From NCBI GenBank assembly GCA_022736555.1, contig DZCW01000002.1, positions 25,070 through 89,069 on the forward strand: a DNA stretch of 64,000 nucleotides, read 5' to 3'. This document shows positions 27,755 to 38,038 of the stretch, piece by piece. The notes under the pieces are model-generated. The model was given only the letters and a program-made list of their open reading frames with translations. It was not told the origin of the DNA and made no database searches. This DNA is from Candidatus Saccharimonas sp. Lineage in GTDB: Bacteria > Patescibacteriota > Saccharimonadia > Saccharimonadales > Saccharimonadaceae. The position numbers and the translations under genes were made by a program. The stretch's first letter is position 1. The number at the start of each line of letters is the position of its first letter.

Positions 27755-29245
27755 ATGATAGAGGGAATTATTGCCGTAATTATTGGGGCATTTGCTGGAG
27801 TATCCGGCACTTTCGTGTACGAAAAACGCCGTCAAAACAGCGGTAAAATAAAGTCCGAAAAGGAGCTAGCCGCGGCTAAAACCAAAGCCACCGACATTAT
27901 ATTAAAAGCCAAAGACGAAGTTATAAAACTCGAAAACGAACGACGTCACGAATGGAAGAAAACCGATGATAGATTGGCTGAACGTGAAACTACGCTCGAT
28001 CGCAAGATTGACGAACTAGATAAACGTTCCGAGAAACTACGCGCCGAAGAGCGAAATGTCGAAGATCTCAAAGACGAGATTCGTGAGATTCGCGTTAAAC
28101 AACAAGAGAAATTAGAAAAGGTCGCTAAACTTACTAAGTCTGATGCTGCTGAAAAATTAATGCAGATGACTGAGCGTGATATCAAACAAGACATGGTAGG
28201 TCTAATCAATAAGCTGCAGAATGATGCCAAAGAAGATGCCGAAGAAATAGCCCAGACTATATTAGTTACGGCTATGGAACGAATGTCATCTGAGGTTACG
28301 GCTGAACGTACCGTCACAGCTATTAAATTACCAGATGACGAGATGAAGGGGCGTATTATCGGCAAAGAAGGTCGTAATATCCAGTCATTGCAGCGCGCCA
28401 CCGGTGTTGACATTCTAGTTGATGATACGCCTGGTATGATCGTGCTCAGCTCATTTGATCCCGTTCGTCGTCAAGTTGCTCGTATGAGTTTGGAAATGTT
28501 GATGAAGGATGGTCGTATCCATCCAGGACGAATCGAAGAGGTTGTTGCCAAGGCCGAACAAGAAATCAACAAAGAGATAAATCGTGCCGGCGAAGATGCC
28601 GCCCGTGAAGTCGGTGTTGTTGGTATCCCAAAGGAAATGTTACGTCTACTAGGCGAACTTAAATTCCGTACTAGCTATGGTCAAAATGTATTAATGCATA
28701 GTGTCGAAATGGCACACATGGCTGGACTAATTGCCGAGGAGATTGGGGCAGATGTACGCGTTACTAAAATTGCCACATTACTACACGATACTGGCAAAGC
28801 CGTTACTCACAAGATGGAAGGTAAGCATCATCATATCGCCGCTGAATTAGCTCGTAAATACGGTGTATCTGAGGATATTGCCCACGCTATCGAGGCTCAT
28901 CATGATGATGTAGAAGCTACAACACCAGAGGCATTGATCGTTCGTGTATGTGATGGGCTATCGACAGCTCGTCCAGGTGCTCGTAACATCAGCGCCGAAA
29001 ACTTCGTAGAGCGTATGCGTGATTTAGAAAATATCGCCCTTGGTTTTAAAGGTATCGACAAGGCCTATGCCATTAGTGCTGGTCGTGAAGTCCGTGTGAT
29101 TGTCAGTCCAAAGGATATTGATGATTTGAGCGCGATTAAACTGGCCCGTGATATCGCCGTAAAGATCGAGAGTACTATGCAGTATCCAGGTACTATCAAG
29201 GTAAATGTTATCCGCGAGACACGTGCTGTCGAATTCGCTAAGTAA
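27755..29245 (+). CDS. rny: Ribonuclease Y
   Basis: N-terminal TM, coiled coil, KH (IIGKEGRNIQSL) and HD (LLHDTGKA) domains. Confidence 0.9.
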   Translation: MIEGIIAVIIGAFAGVSGTFVYEKRRQNSGKIKSEKELAAAKTKATDIILKAKDEVIKLENERRHEWKKTDDRLAERETTLDRKIDELDKRSEKLRAEERNVEDLKDEIREIRVKQQEKLEKVAKLTKSDAAEKLMQMTERDIKQDMVGLINKLQNDAKEDAEEIAQTILVTAMERMSSEVTAERTVTAIKLPDDEMKGRIIGKEGRNIQSLQRATGVDILVDDTPGMIVLSSFDPVRRQVARMSLEMLMKDGRIHPGRIEEVVAKAEQEINKEINRAGEDAAREVGVVGIPKEMLRLLGELKFRTSYGQNVLMHSVEMAHMAGLIAEEIGADVRVTKIATLLHDTGKAVTHKMEGKHHHIAAELARKYGVSEDIAHAIEAHHDDVEATTPEALIVRVCDGLSTARPGARNISAENFVERMRDLENIALGFKGIDKAYAISAGREVRVIVSPKDIDDLSAIKLARDIAVKIESTMQYPGTIKVNVIRETRAVEFAK

Positions 29246-29269
29246 CCTAGATAATACTCGTAAAACTAG

Positions 29270-29308
29270 ATAGTCATTTACTGTAATTTTCAGTAAATGA
29301 CTATTTTA
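29270..29308 (+). terminator. Rho-independent terminator after rny
   Basis: ATAGTCATTTACTG / CAGTAAATGACTAT, a 14-bp perfect stem followed by TTTT. Confidence 0.75.
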
Positions 29309-29363
29309 TATGTTACGCCATACTGCTTTTAATATTAAAACTTATGCTTTATGATAGATATCA

Positions 29364-30311
29364 ATGACTAAATCCGAAATTCGCAAAGACTATTTCAAGG
29401 ACGAGTATATTATTTTTGCCCCTAGTCGTTCCGAGAGGCCGCAGACTATCGAAAATCCTGCGGTTGTTGAGACTACTGAAAACTGTCACTTTTGTCCGCA
29501 TAGTTTTCATGGCGAGACTATAACCTATCAGGATGATGGTTATGGCGATGATTGGGAAGTGATTTCGATAGTTAACAAATTTGCAGCATTAACACCAGAC
29601 AACGACAGTGCCTACGGCCAGGCCGAAGTGATCGTTGAAACGCGAAAACACGGCATGGATATAAATGATTTTTCAGTTGACCATATCGTCCGAGTTTTTA
29701 ACGCCTATATTGATAGATTTACGAATCTAAAAAACATGGACGGGATCAAACATGTCATCGTGTTTAAAAACGAAGGTGGTAAAGCAGGTGCCTCGATAGC
29801 ACATACACACTCCCAGGTTATTGCTTTGCCCATATTACCGCCTAAAGTCGAAGCTGAAGCTATGGCTTATAATAAATATTACCTCGAACACGCCATCTGC
29901 CCATATTGTGACATTATAAAATTAGAAACCGACAAGCCTAGGGTTATATGGGAAGATGAAAATCTATTTGTATTGGCACCTTATGCTAGCAACTCGCCAT
30001 ACGGAGCCTGGTTCATTCCTAAGCGCCATATTCGATTGATATCCGAACTTACTCGTAGCGAAAAAGAATCGTTTGCGATTGCCATGAAGATTGTCTTAGG
30101 AAAATTGGATGAGATTGGTGTGTCGTATAATTACTTTGTCGAAAATGCTATTAATCGCGAAGACTATCATATGCATATAAAACTAGCGCCACGTCCAAAT
30201 GTTTGGGCCGGTCTAGAGCTAGGTACTGGCGTAATCATAAATTCTATTTTACCGGAACATGCCGCGGAAATTTATCGTGGGGAGACCAAGGCTAAAACAA
30301 TTAGGTTTTAG
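29364..30311 (+). CDS. GalT-like HIT-superfamily nucleotidyltransferase/phosphorylase
   Basis: CHFCPHS zinc knuckle and AHTHSQ (H-x-H-x-Q) active-site motif. Confidence 0.7.
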   Translation: MTKSEIRKDYFKDEYIIFAPSRSERPQTIENPAVVETTENCHFCPHSFHGETITYQDDGYGDDWEVISIVNKFAALTPDNDSAYGQAEVIVETRKHGMDINDFSVDHIVRVFNAYIDRFTNLKNMDGIKHVIVFKNEGGKAGASIAHTHSQVIALPILPPKVEAEAMAYNKYYLEHAICPYCDIIKLETDKPRVIWEDENLFVLAPYASNSPYGAWFIPKRHIRLISELTRSEKESFAIAMKIVLGKLDEIGVSYNYFVENAINREDYHMHIKLAPRPNVWAGLELGTGVIINSILPEHAAEIYRGETKAKTIRF

Positions 30312-30327
30312 TGGTAGAATAGCTAGC

Positions 30328-32840
30328 ATGAGCAGTGGGCAACTAGAGGGACTTTCGTCGAGAGAGGTTAAAGCTAAACAAAAAAGGTTTGGCTATAATG
30401 AACTCCCTAACCAATCCAAAAAGAACGTTCTAAAGATAGTCTTTGGGCTATTAACCGAGCCAATGATATTTTTGCTGATGGCAACCGTCAGTATTTATTT
30501 CGTTTTAGGTGATAAAAATGAGGCTTTTTTGCTGCTTATATCATTTATCGGTATTATTTCGATCGGACTTTACCAGGAATTGAAAACCGAGAAAACACTG
30601 CAGGCCCTGAAAAATCTATCTAGCCCTATATCTGATGTCATAAGGGATGGCAAGCGAGTAACCATTAATGGTCGCGAAATTGTAGTTGGCGATATCATAA
30701 TACTTAGCTACTTAGCGAAGGTAGCCGTGTGCCAGCTGATGCTAGACTAATTTCAGCGGATAATTTTAGGGTTGATGAATCATTATTAACTGGCGAATCT
30801 GAACTGGTTGAAAAGCGAGTGCGAAACGTAACTAGCCCAAATGACAATTTATTGTTTTCAGGCACGCTAATCGTCAAAGGTCACGGTATTGCCGAGGTAA
30901 CTAGTATTAGCGTTAAGACTGAAATTGGCAAAATAGGTACTTCACTAAAATCAATTGGCGTAGAAAAAACATTGTTGCAAAAGGAAGTTAATTGAGTTGT
31001 TGGTTTTGTGGCTATTTTGGCGATTGGTGCATCGCTACTGTTGACTTTGGTGTATTGGATCGGTCGGGGAGACCTAATTCGAGGGCTTTTGGCTGGCTTA
31101 ACACTAGCGATTGCTATTCTGCCAGAGGAATTCCCAGTTGTTCTAATGATATTTTTAACTTTGGGCGCTTGGAGACTAGCTAAAAGTAATGTTTTAACTC
31201 GTAAAGCTCATACTATCGAGACTTTAGGAAGCACGACGGTTTTATGTGTCGACAAAACTGGTACTCTAACTGAAAACCAAATGCGTATAGAGAGTGTAAT
31301 TAACGCCAAGGGGTCTATTTATAATGATAGTTTTGTTGATGTAGCGGAAATAATAGAATATGGAGTTTTGGCTTCACAAAAGAACCCTTACGATCCGATG
31401 GAAGAAGCTTTTATACTGGCTGGCAAGCAAGTTTTTGGAAATATCGACAAAGTATATAACAACCAGGAGATCGTCAGAGAATACCCCGTAGAAGACGGCT
31501 GCCTGTCGGTTGCACAGGTCTGGGGATATAACGATAAACCCGAGGAAGTCGCCTTAAAAGGGGCGCCAGAGACCGTCTTTGAACTCTGTCATATTCATAA
31601 ATCTCAACGCATCAAACTCGAACGCGAAGTTAAGGGTTTGGCCGAACGTGGGTTGAGGGTGCTCGCGATAGCCCGTGGATCGATCGGCAAAGGGGAATTG
31701 CCAGACGATCGTCATGATTTTGATTTCGAGTTTTTAGGTTTAGTTGGTTTAGCTGATCCAGTTCGCAAAGAAGTACCTGCGGCGGTAAAAATATGTGAAG
31801 AAGCTGGCATCAGGGTGATTATGATAACTGGCGATTATTTAGAAATGGCTATTAATATAGCTAAACAGGCTGGTATAGCGAATCGTGGAGCCATCACTGG
31901 ATTAGAGTTTGAGCAGATGTCTAAATCGGATAGGGCCAACACCATTAAGTCCGTGTCGGTGTTTAGTCGTGTTAATCCATCCCATAAATTATTGATAGTA
32001 AATGCCCTAAAAGAGTCCGGTGAAGTAGTGGCTATGACGGGTGATGGGGTTAACGATGCACCCGCATTAAAGTCGGCGCACGTCGGTATTGCGATGGGTG
32101 GCAGGGGTACGGATGTTGCTCGAGAAGCGGCCAGTATAGTGCTGCTGGACGATAATTTTACTTCAATCGTTCATGGTGTTCGTCTAGGGCGCAAGATTTA
32201 TGATAATTTGCGCAAGGCCATGTCATATATTATTTCAGTCCATATTCCTATTGCCCTATTGTCGCTTTTGCCCGTGCTATTTAAATGGCCAATAGTTTTG
32301 ATACCAGCCCATATTGTGTTTTTAGAATTTGTGATTGACCCAAGTTGCACGATTATTTTCGAGAATGAAAAAGAAAGTCATAACATCATGAGCCGTCCAC
32401 CGCGTAAACTATCTGAGCCAATCTTTAGCAAAAGGATGGTCGTAAGTAGTATTCTGCAGGGCTTATTAGTAGCGATAATCGTCGTAGTTGCTTTTAGGGT
32501 ATTATTAGATATAGGCTGGAGCCCAGATAAAGCTCGCGGTATGACGTTTCTAATACTAGTCATTGCTAATATCTTCCTGATATTAGGTATCTCCGGTAAA
32601 CAGGCTATAGCAAATATTATTCATCGTGAGAATAAAGCCATGATAATAGTTCTATTAGTAACATCCATATCGCTAGTCTTGGTGTTCAATGTGGTGTTTT
32701 TGCGAGAGCTATTCCATTTCGAGCCATTAACTTTTAACGAAGCATCAATAGGAGTGTTGGTAGGCGCTTTGTCGATATTCGGTATTATGCCGCTTAAATA
32801 TTTGATAAATAGGGTGGCTTCTAGGGGTTTAGCGAAGTAG
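30328..32840 (+). pseudogene. Cation-transporting P-type ATPase (type II-like), disrupted
   Basis: Three track ORFs (30259-30750, 30729-30995, 31008-32840) jointly carry TGES, DKTGTLT, TGDGVNDAP and 10 TMs. A frameshift is caused by the 8-bp duplication at 30701-30716, and an in-frame TGA lies at 30993-30995. Confidence 0.85.
30701..30716 (+). repeat. 8-bp perfect tandem duplication TACTTAGC TACTTAGC causing the frameshift
   Basis: Removing one copy restores [36 protein letters not shown], the canonical A-domain sequence. Confidence 0.9.
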
Positions 32841-32871
32841 CATATTATTACGATAGTTCTTATATAACGCT

Positions 32872-32990
32872 AAAGGACTCAGTCACGATAAAATTCATTC
32901 TGAATTTTTCGCGACCCCGCCTCAGTCGGTGACGTTCGTCATCCGGCTTCCGGCCTTGCGAACTGCCGTCGGGCAGTTCTCACCTTCGAC
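32872..32990 (-). other. tRNA-Pro T-arm copy split by a 100-nt GC-rich hairpin-rich insert (candidate structured RNA or att-site scar)
   Basis: 32872-32881 is identical to 33088-33097, and 32982-32990 is identical to 33099-33107 (the tRNA-Pro T-arm). The 100 nt between them contain several stem-loops, e.g. GAACTGCC-GTCG-GGCAGTTC at 32960-32979. The core is about two-thirds G+C by hand count. Confidence 0.3.
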
Positions 32991-33036
32991 TTTTTTTGCT
33001 TTGCAAAAAAGTCGAAGATTCAGGCTTGTCAGCTCT

Positions 33037-33080
33037 ACCAAATAAAAAACCTGACATGAATGCCGGATTTTTTATTTGGT
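33037..33080 (-). terminator. Hairpin directly after tRNA-Pro that includes its ACCA end
   Basis: ACCAAATAAAAAA ... TTTTTTATTTGGT, a 13-bp stem with an 18-nt loop. Confidence 0.55.
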
Positions 33081-33152
33081 CGGGGTGAAAGGACTCAAAC
33101 CTTCGACCTCACGGTCCCAAACCGCGCGCGCTATCAACTGCGCCACACCCCG
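33077..33152 (-). tRNA. tRNA-Pro(UGG)
   Basis: Acceptor CGGGGTG/CACCCCG and anticodon loop TTTGGGA. CCA is encoded. D-loop AGTTGATA and T-loop TTTGAGT imply A19:U56 in place of the usual G19:C56. Confidence 0.9.
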
Positions 33153-33263
33153 ATGGTGTTACCTGGCAGATTATAGCGTATTTTTAACACGATTTCTAGT
33201 GGTGATGGCTAAAATGTCACTTGTCGATCAGGTTAAGGCGGGTTAATATAGAGGTAATTAACT

Positions 33264-34832
33264 ATGTTGAAAAAACTATTCAAGTCTAAACATACTTTTC
33301 TGGGCGTGCAGATTGCCGATTGGATTTTAGTCGCAGCGGCTATTTTTGTGTTTTTTATTGTGACTCTTTGGACGATAACTAAATCATCAATTTGGTTTGA
33401 CGAAGCCTTCGGCGCTTATATAATCCATTTCAATTTTATTGATATTGCGCGTTATACTGCGACTGATGTTCATCCGCCACTTTATTATTGGCTGCTAAAA
33501 CTATGGAGTATGTTGTTTGGCAATACTGAATTAGCGCTTCGTTCAATGAGTGTTTTATTTGGCGGGGTATCGATTGTGCTTGGCTATTTACTGACCAACC
33601 GATTGTTTGGCAAAAAAGCAGCCAGAATTAGCCTGGTGTTTATGATGATTTCACCAATGTTCATACGCTATGGCCAAGAGGCTAGAATGTACACATTAGT
33701 AACCACCATAGCGTTAGCGGCCACTTACGTACTAACATTTGCGATTAATACTAAAAAACGCTTGCCATGGATAATCTACGGCATATTAGTGGGCTTAGGT
33801 ATGTGGACTCATTATTTCTCGGCAATAGTCTGGATCGCTCATTGGATATGGCGAGCCGATAATGTTCGTCGTACTACCAGTAAAGGTAAGTTTGTCAAAA
33901 CTTTCTTTTCTAAACAATGGATTATGACTCATATTGTAGCGATTATCGTGTTTATTCCTTGGTTGCCATTTTGTATTTATCAATTGTCGGTAGTGCAAGC
34001 TTTTGGATTTTGGATACCACCAGTAACACCAGACACGATGATAAATTTCATGACTAATGTAATTTATTACAAAGACGTCGTTGATGTTAATGGCTGGCTG
34101 GCTGCGGCTTTTTTAATTGTTGTTTTAGCGCTTGGTATGTTAGCCTTTCGTGTATACAGATCACAAAATCAAGCTGAACGTCAGTCGTACCGTCTAATTA
34201 TGACCTTGGCATTTATTCCTATGCTATTATTATTTGCGCTATCGATGCCACCGCTGCGTTCATCGTTTATTGATCGTTATCTAATAACTTCGACGGTAGG
34301 TATAGCTTTGTTTATAGGCGTTACTCTGGCGTTAGGTTATAAATTTATAAAACCTAAATGGCGTGTTGTCGTGACAGTATTTATAGCCGGGTTGATGCTA
34401 ATTGGTGTCGCGAGTGTTTGGCAGTTAGGTAACTACAACAAAAACACGCATAGCTCGAATAACACTAGACAAATCATCGAAGCTGTTACTAAAAAGGCTG
34501 GTAATAAACAGCCGATAATCGCCGCCACACCATGGTTGTTTTACGAAGCGGTATTTTATTCAACTAGTAATCATCCAGTTTATTTCATCGAGCCGTCAGA
34601 ATATAAGTTTGGCTCGTTGGATATGTTGAAATATAACGATCAATACAAAATTAAGAGTATATCATCCTTTACTAAACAAAATTCGATTGTCTGGTATGTT
34701 GGTTATTCTAGCGCTGGCACATTAGAATCACCATATTCGAATTGGGAACCGCTACAAGAGGTGTTGGTTAATGATTCTATCAGTGGCAAACCTGCCTATA
34801 AAGCAATTCAATATCAGACAGCTGATAATTAA
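33264..34832 (+). CDS. ArnT/PMT-like (GT39/GT83-type) membrane glycosyltransferase
   Basis: Polytopic protein with an early FDEAF...DVHPPLYYWLLKLW loop motif typical of dolichyl/undecaprenyl-phosphate-sugar transferases. Confidence 0.65.
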   Translation: MLKKLFKSKHTFLGVQIADWILVAAAIFVFFIVTLWTITKSSIWFDEAFGAYIIHFNFIDIARYTATDVHPPLYYWLLKLWSMLFGNTELALRSMSVLFGGVSIVLGYLLTNRLFGKKAARISLVFMMISPMFIRYGQEARMYTLVTTIALAATYVLTFAINTKKRLPWIIYGILVGLGMWTHYFSAIVWIAHWIWRADNVRRTTSKGKFVKTFFSKQWIMTHIVAIIVFIPWLPFCIYQLSVVQAFGFWIPPVTPDTMINFMTNVIYYKDVVDVNGWLAAAFLIVVLALGMLAFRVYRSQNQAERQSYRLIMTLAFIPMLLLFALSMPPLRSSFIDRYLITSTVGIALFIGVTLALGYKFIKPKWRVVVTVFIAGLMLIGVASVWQLGNYNKNTHSSNNTRQIIEAVTKKAGNKQPIIAATPWLFYEAVFYSTSNHPVYFIEPSEYKFGSLDMLKYNDQYKIKSISSFTKQNSIVWYVGYSSAGTLESPYSNWEPLQEVLVNDSISGKPAYKAIQYQTADN

Positions 34833-34867
34833 TACTTCGTCACAGGAAAATCCAGATCGGAGACAGT

Positions 34868-36010
34868 ATGTTGCAAACTAATTATAATCCTCTATCATAC
34901 GTCGAGATTTCTAAGTCTAGATTATTGAGTAATATCGAAAATATCAGATCTTATATTAGCCCGAACACTGAATTGGCTGCCGTAGTAAAAGGGAATGCCT
35001 ATGGTCACGGGCAAAATGAAGTGGCGGCTATCATCGATGATTACGTTGACTATTTTCAGGTAGATGATTTATGTGAACTGCGCTCTTTGAAGAATATCGT
35101 GTCAAAACCGATATTAGTTTTGGGATATATTGCCAGGTCTGAGGTCAAAGAGGCTATTGAATCGAACGCTATTGTTGCAATATATGACAATGAAAGGTTG
35201 AGATTAATCGACCAGATCGCTGGCGAATTAAATATAAAAGCCAAGGTGCATATCAAGATCGATGCCTGCTTGGGTCGGCAGGGTCTATTAATAACTGATA
35301 TTCCTAATTTCATAGGTGAATGCAAAAAATGTGAAAATATTGGCTTTGATGGTATTTATTCTCATTTTGCTAATATCGAAGACACTGATAATCCTAGCCA
35401 TACCCAGGCTCAAATCATGGAATTCAAGAGTGCCGTAGAATTATTCAAAAATGCTGGCTTTGATAACTTAAAAACTCACATATCTGCAACATCCGGTATT
35501 TTAGTTTATGACAAAAACCTTAATGAAAATAATATCGTTAGGTTGGGGATTGGCCTTTATGGTTTGTGGCCGTCGGAAAATCTAAAAAATAATTATCTAA
35601 ATGAGTTGAAGTTAGAACCAGTGATGCGATGGATAACGCACATTGCTCAAGTAAAAGTTCTACCAGCTAATCACACGATTGGTTATGGCCTGACTTATGT
35701 AACCGATAAACCAACTAAAATTGCCGTGATACCTCAGGGTTATAGTGACGGTTATGATCGGGGTTTATCGAATTGCGGTGAAGTGTTAATTCGTGGTGTG
35801 AGATGTAAGGTTCTAGGTAGGGTTGCTATGAATATGTTCGTTGTTGATGTGTCGAAATTAGACCAAGTTGCAGTCGAGGATGAAGTGGTTCTGTTGGGTT
35901 GGCAGGGTGGCGAATCTATAACGGCCGAAGAATTAGCTTTTAAATTAGATACGATAAATTACGAAATAACAACTCGCATTTCTGCACTTTTGCCGCGTAT
36001 CATAGCGTAA
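34868..36010 (+). CDS. alr: Alanine racemase
   Basis: AVVKGNAYGHG PLP-lysine motif and a C-terminal beta domain with INYEITT. Confidence 0.9.
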   Translation: MLQTNYNPLSYVEISKSRLLSNIENIRSYISPNTELAAVVKGNAYGHGQNEVAAIIDDYVDYFQVDDLCELRSLKNIVSKPILVLGYIARSEVKEAIESNAIVAIYDNERLRLIDQIAGELNIKAKVHIKIDACLGRQGLLITDIPNFIGECKKCENIGFDGIYSHFANIEDTDNPSHTQAQIMEFKSAVELFKNAGFDNLKTHISATSGILVYDKNLNENNIVRLGIGLYGLWPSENLKNNYLNELKLEPVMRWITHIAQVKVLPANHTIGYGLTYVTDKPTKIAVIPQGYSDGYDRGLSNCGEVLIRGVRCKVLGRVAMNMFVVDVSKLDQVAVEDEVVLLGWQGGESITAEELAFKLDTINYEITTRISALLPRIIA

Positions 36011-36011
36011 A

Positions 36012-36734
36012 TTATCTAGGTAGTTTCAGGGCAACTTTACGTGCCAGCCTGGTAAGGCCATCATCAATATTGTTAGACACAACTTCGTTATACCTATTTT
36101 TAACGGCTTGTTCAATTAAGAAATCTGCAATATCTGGATTTTTAGGTAACAACGAACCATGTAAATAGCTGCCGATAACGTTTTTGTATCTAGCGCCTTC
36201 ACTAACATCTACTGCATTATTGCCAGCACCTAATCGAACACGCCCTAATGTCTGCACGCCGTTACCTAGGAACGTCTGGCCGCTATGGTTTTCGTAGCCT
36301 ACAATATCGCCGAATTGTTCACTGTGCGTGATAATGTTACCAATTAAGCGTTCGGACTTGCCGTAAGTTTCGATATCCAATAAACCTATTCCCTTAATAA
36401 TTTCGCCGTCAGCAGTTTTAAAAAACTTGCCGAATAATTGATAAAGTCCGCAAATCATCAGCATCGGTACGTTGTTGTCGGCTAACTCGCGTAGTTTTGG
36501 GCCGATTTTCTGTAGGTCAGATTTGATTTTATCCTGTCCGCTATCTTGGCCACCACCACCGACAATAATATCAACATCAGATGGGAATTGATCGCCCTGA
36601 TTGTATTCGATAACTTCTGGAGTATAGCCGCACCATTCTAGACGACACTTTAAACACAGCACGTTGCCACGATCGCCATAAATGTTCATATCATTCGAAT
36701 ATAAATGTAAAATCGTGATAGTTTTATCGCTCAT
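36012..36734 (-). CDS. gatD: Lipid II isoglutaminyl synthase, glutaminase subunit GatD
   Basis: CobQ-type GATase with MLMICGLYQLFG (nucleophile Cys) and YENHSG. 4-nt overlap with murT. Confidence 0.8.
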   Translation of the reverse strand: MSDKTITILHLYSNDMNIYGDRGNVLCLKCRLEWCGYTPEVIEYNQGDQFPSDVDIIVGGGGQDSGQDKIKSDLQKIGPKLRELADNNVPMLMICGLYQLFGKFFKTADGEIIKGIGLLDIETYGKSERLIGNIITHSEQFGDIVGYENHSGQTFLGNGVQTLGRVRLGAGNNAVDVSEGARYKNVIGSYLHGSLLPKNPDIADFLIEQAVKNRYNEVVSNNIDDGLTRLARKVALKLPR

Positions 36735-38002
36735 TTTATAACCTCGACATCTGTGATTTTAGATAATGATCGGCGCAGGGTTAGCATTGCGGTATAAGTA
36801 CAATAAATTCGTTTTGGTTTGTCTGGATTATTTGATATGAAATGTTTTAGAGCTTTCTTTAGATCTAAATCGGTACTAGTTACTGGCACGTTATCATACT
36901 TTAATCGCAGGGATATATCGTATGCTCGACTACCAGATACCTGCTCGACACCGTTCGCCATAAGGCTAGTAAAATCTACATCCCATAACCATGACATATC
37001 GCGCCCATCAGCGTAATTGTCATTAATGGCTATCATTGTCGCGTATTTTATTGGATCGAACGATTTCAGACCAAGTTGAAAACCAGATGGATTTTTGACG
37101 AGGACTAGTTCTAGTGGGTGTCCGTCTACGATTAGTTTTTCGCCTCGACCAAAAGCTGGTTTGGTTTGCGATAAGGCTTTTATAAGTTTAGATTGGTTGG
37201 TTTTTTCACCGATTATTGCCCTGACGAGCGTTAATGCTGCTGCGGCGTTGAAAATATTATAAACACCACTTAACTTTAGGTTAGTGTTTATTTTTTGATT
37301 ATCAATTATGAATGTAGCGGAATTATCGGTGAACTCCGATAAAATTACATCGGCATCGATAGTTGCGTGCTGGTCTGATGAGTGATTATGCAGATTATCG
37401 TCGCTAGGGAATACGGATGAGAGCTTTTTCTCTAATCCAAAGAATTTAACTTTTTGTTTTTCTAACGATTTACTAATATCGGCAATTCTAGGGTCTTCGC
37501 GATTTAAGACGACCGTGTTGGTTGTGGATATCGCAATATGTCGTAGTAGGTTAGTGGTGTAATCGATCTCGCCAAAACGATCCAGCTGATCGCGCATAAC
37601 ATTTAATATTAAACTAAATCTAGGTGGTATTTTATCTACGAAATGTACCGCGTGGGCTTCGTCCAGCTCGAGTACGGCGATGTCGGCATGCAAATGACCT
37701 TTGATGTCGATGTCGCCCAGCAGGGCAGCTGCAACGCCTCTGGTGAAATTACTACCAGTACGGTTAGTAAAAACCCTTAATCCTTGGCTCTCCAGTAACT
37801 CGACAACCATTTTAGTTGTGGTGGTCTTGCCGTTTGTGCCGCTAATAACTACTATCCCTAGTGGTAGGGTTGATAATGTGTTTTTTATAAAATCATGATC
37901 AATACGTTCTACTACTAGACCTGGCAGTGCCGATCCGCCGCCGCGTAATTTGGCGACATTCCTGACCATTTTACCCAGGATTGTGACGAGTGGTTTTGAC
38001 AT
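36731..38002 (-). CDS. murT: Lipid II isoglutaminyl synthase, Mur-ligase subunit MurT
   Basis: ISGTNGKTTTTKM P-loop, Mur ligase middle domain, and a C-terminal DUF1727-like segment (DGRDMSWLWDVDF). Confidence 0.85.
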   Translation of the reverse strand: MSKPLVTILGKMVRNVAKLRGGGSALPGLVVERIDHDFIKNTLSTLPLGIVVISGTNGKTTTTKMVVELLESQGLRVFTNRTGSNFTRGVAAALLGDIDIKGHLHADIAVLELDEAHAVHFVDKIPPRFSLILNVMRDQLDRFGEIDYTTNLLRHIAISTTNTVVLNREDPRIADISKSLEKQKVKFFGLEKKLSSVFPSDDNLHNHSSDQHATIDADVILSEFTDNSATFIIDNQKINTNLKLSGVYNIFNAAAALTLVRAIIGEKTNQSKLIKALSQTKPAFGRGEKLIVDGHPLELVLVKNPSGFQLGLKSFDPIKYATMIAINDNYADGRDMSWLWDVDFTSLMANGVEQVSGSRAYDISLRLKYDNVPVTSTDLDLKKALKHFISNNPDKPKRIYCTYTAMLTLRRSLSKITDVEVIK

Positions 38003-38038
38003 ATGGTCTATTATAACCGAAGCGGTTATAATAGTGAT

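Noticed and set aside
30259-30327. N-terminal extension of the ATPase overlapping the galT-like gene
   Set aside because: The ATG at 30328 gives the canonical MSSGQLEGLSSREV... P-type ATPase N-terminus. The extension is just the open frame across the upstream gene's end.
14679-30995. Alternative genetic code (TGA read as Gly or Trp, as in some CPR lineages) to explain the two in-frame TGAs
   Set aside because: TGA is used as a normal stop in three canonical ATGA stop/start overlaps: tsaE/tsaB at 27210-27213, pilM/pilN at 22537-22540 (followed directly by TAA), and pilN/pilO at 22025-22028. Both in-frame TGAs align with Arg positions, not Gly or Trp. One of the two genes also carries an independent frameshift. 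A standard code with CGA-to-TGA nonsense changes fits better.
32872-33036. GC-rich structured segment as SRP RNA, tmRNA, RNase P RNA or 6S RNA
   Set aside because: The segment lacks the conserved SRP helix-8 GGAAGCAGC motif and the RNase P GAGGAAAGUCC motif. It also lacks a tmRNA-type acceptor/CCA end paired to a GGGG 5' end. It is too short for tmRNA or RNase P. 6S cannot be judged by eye. It is kept only as an unclassified element.
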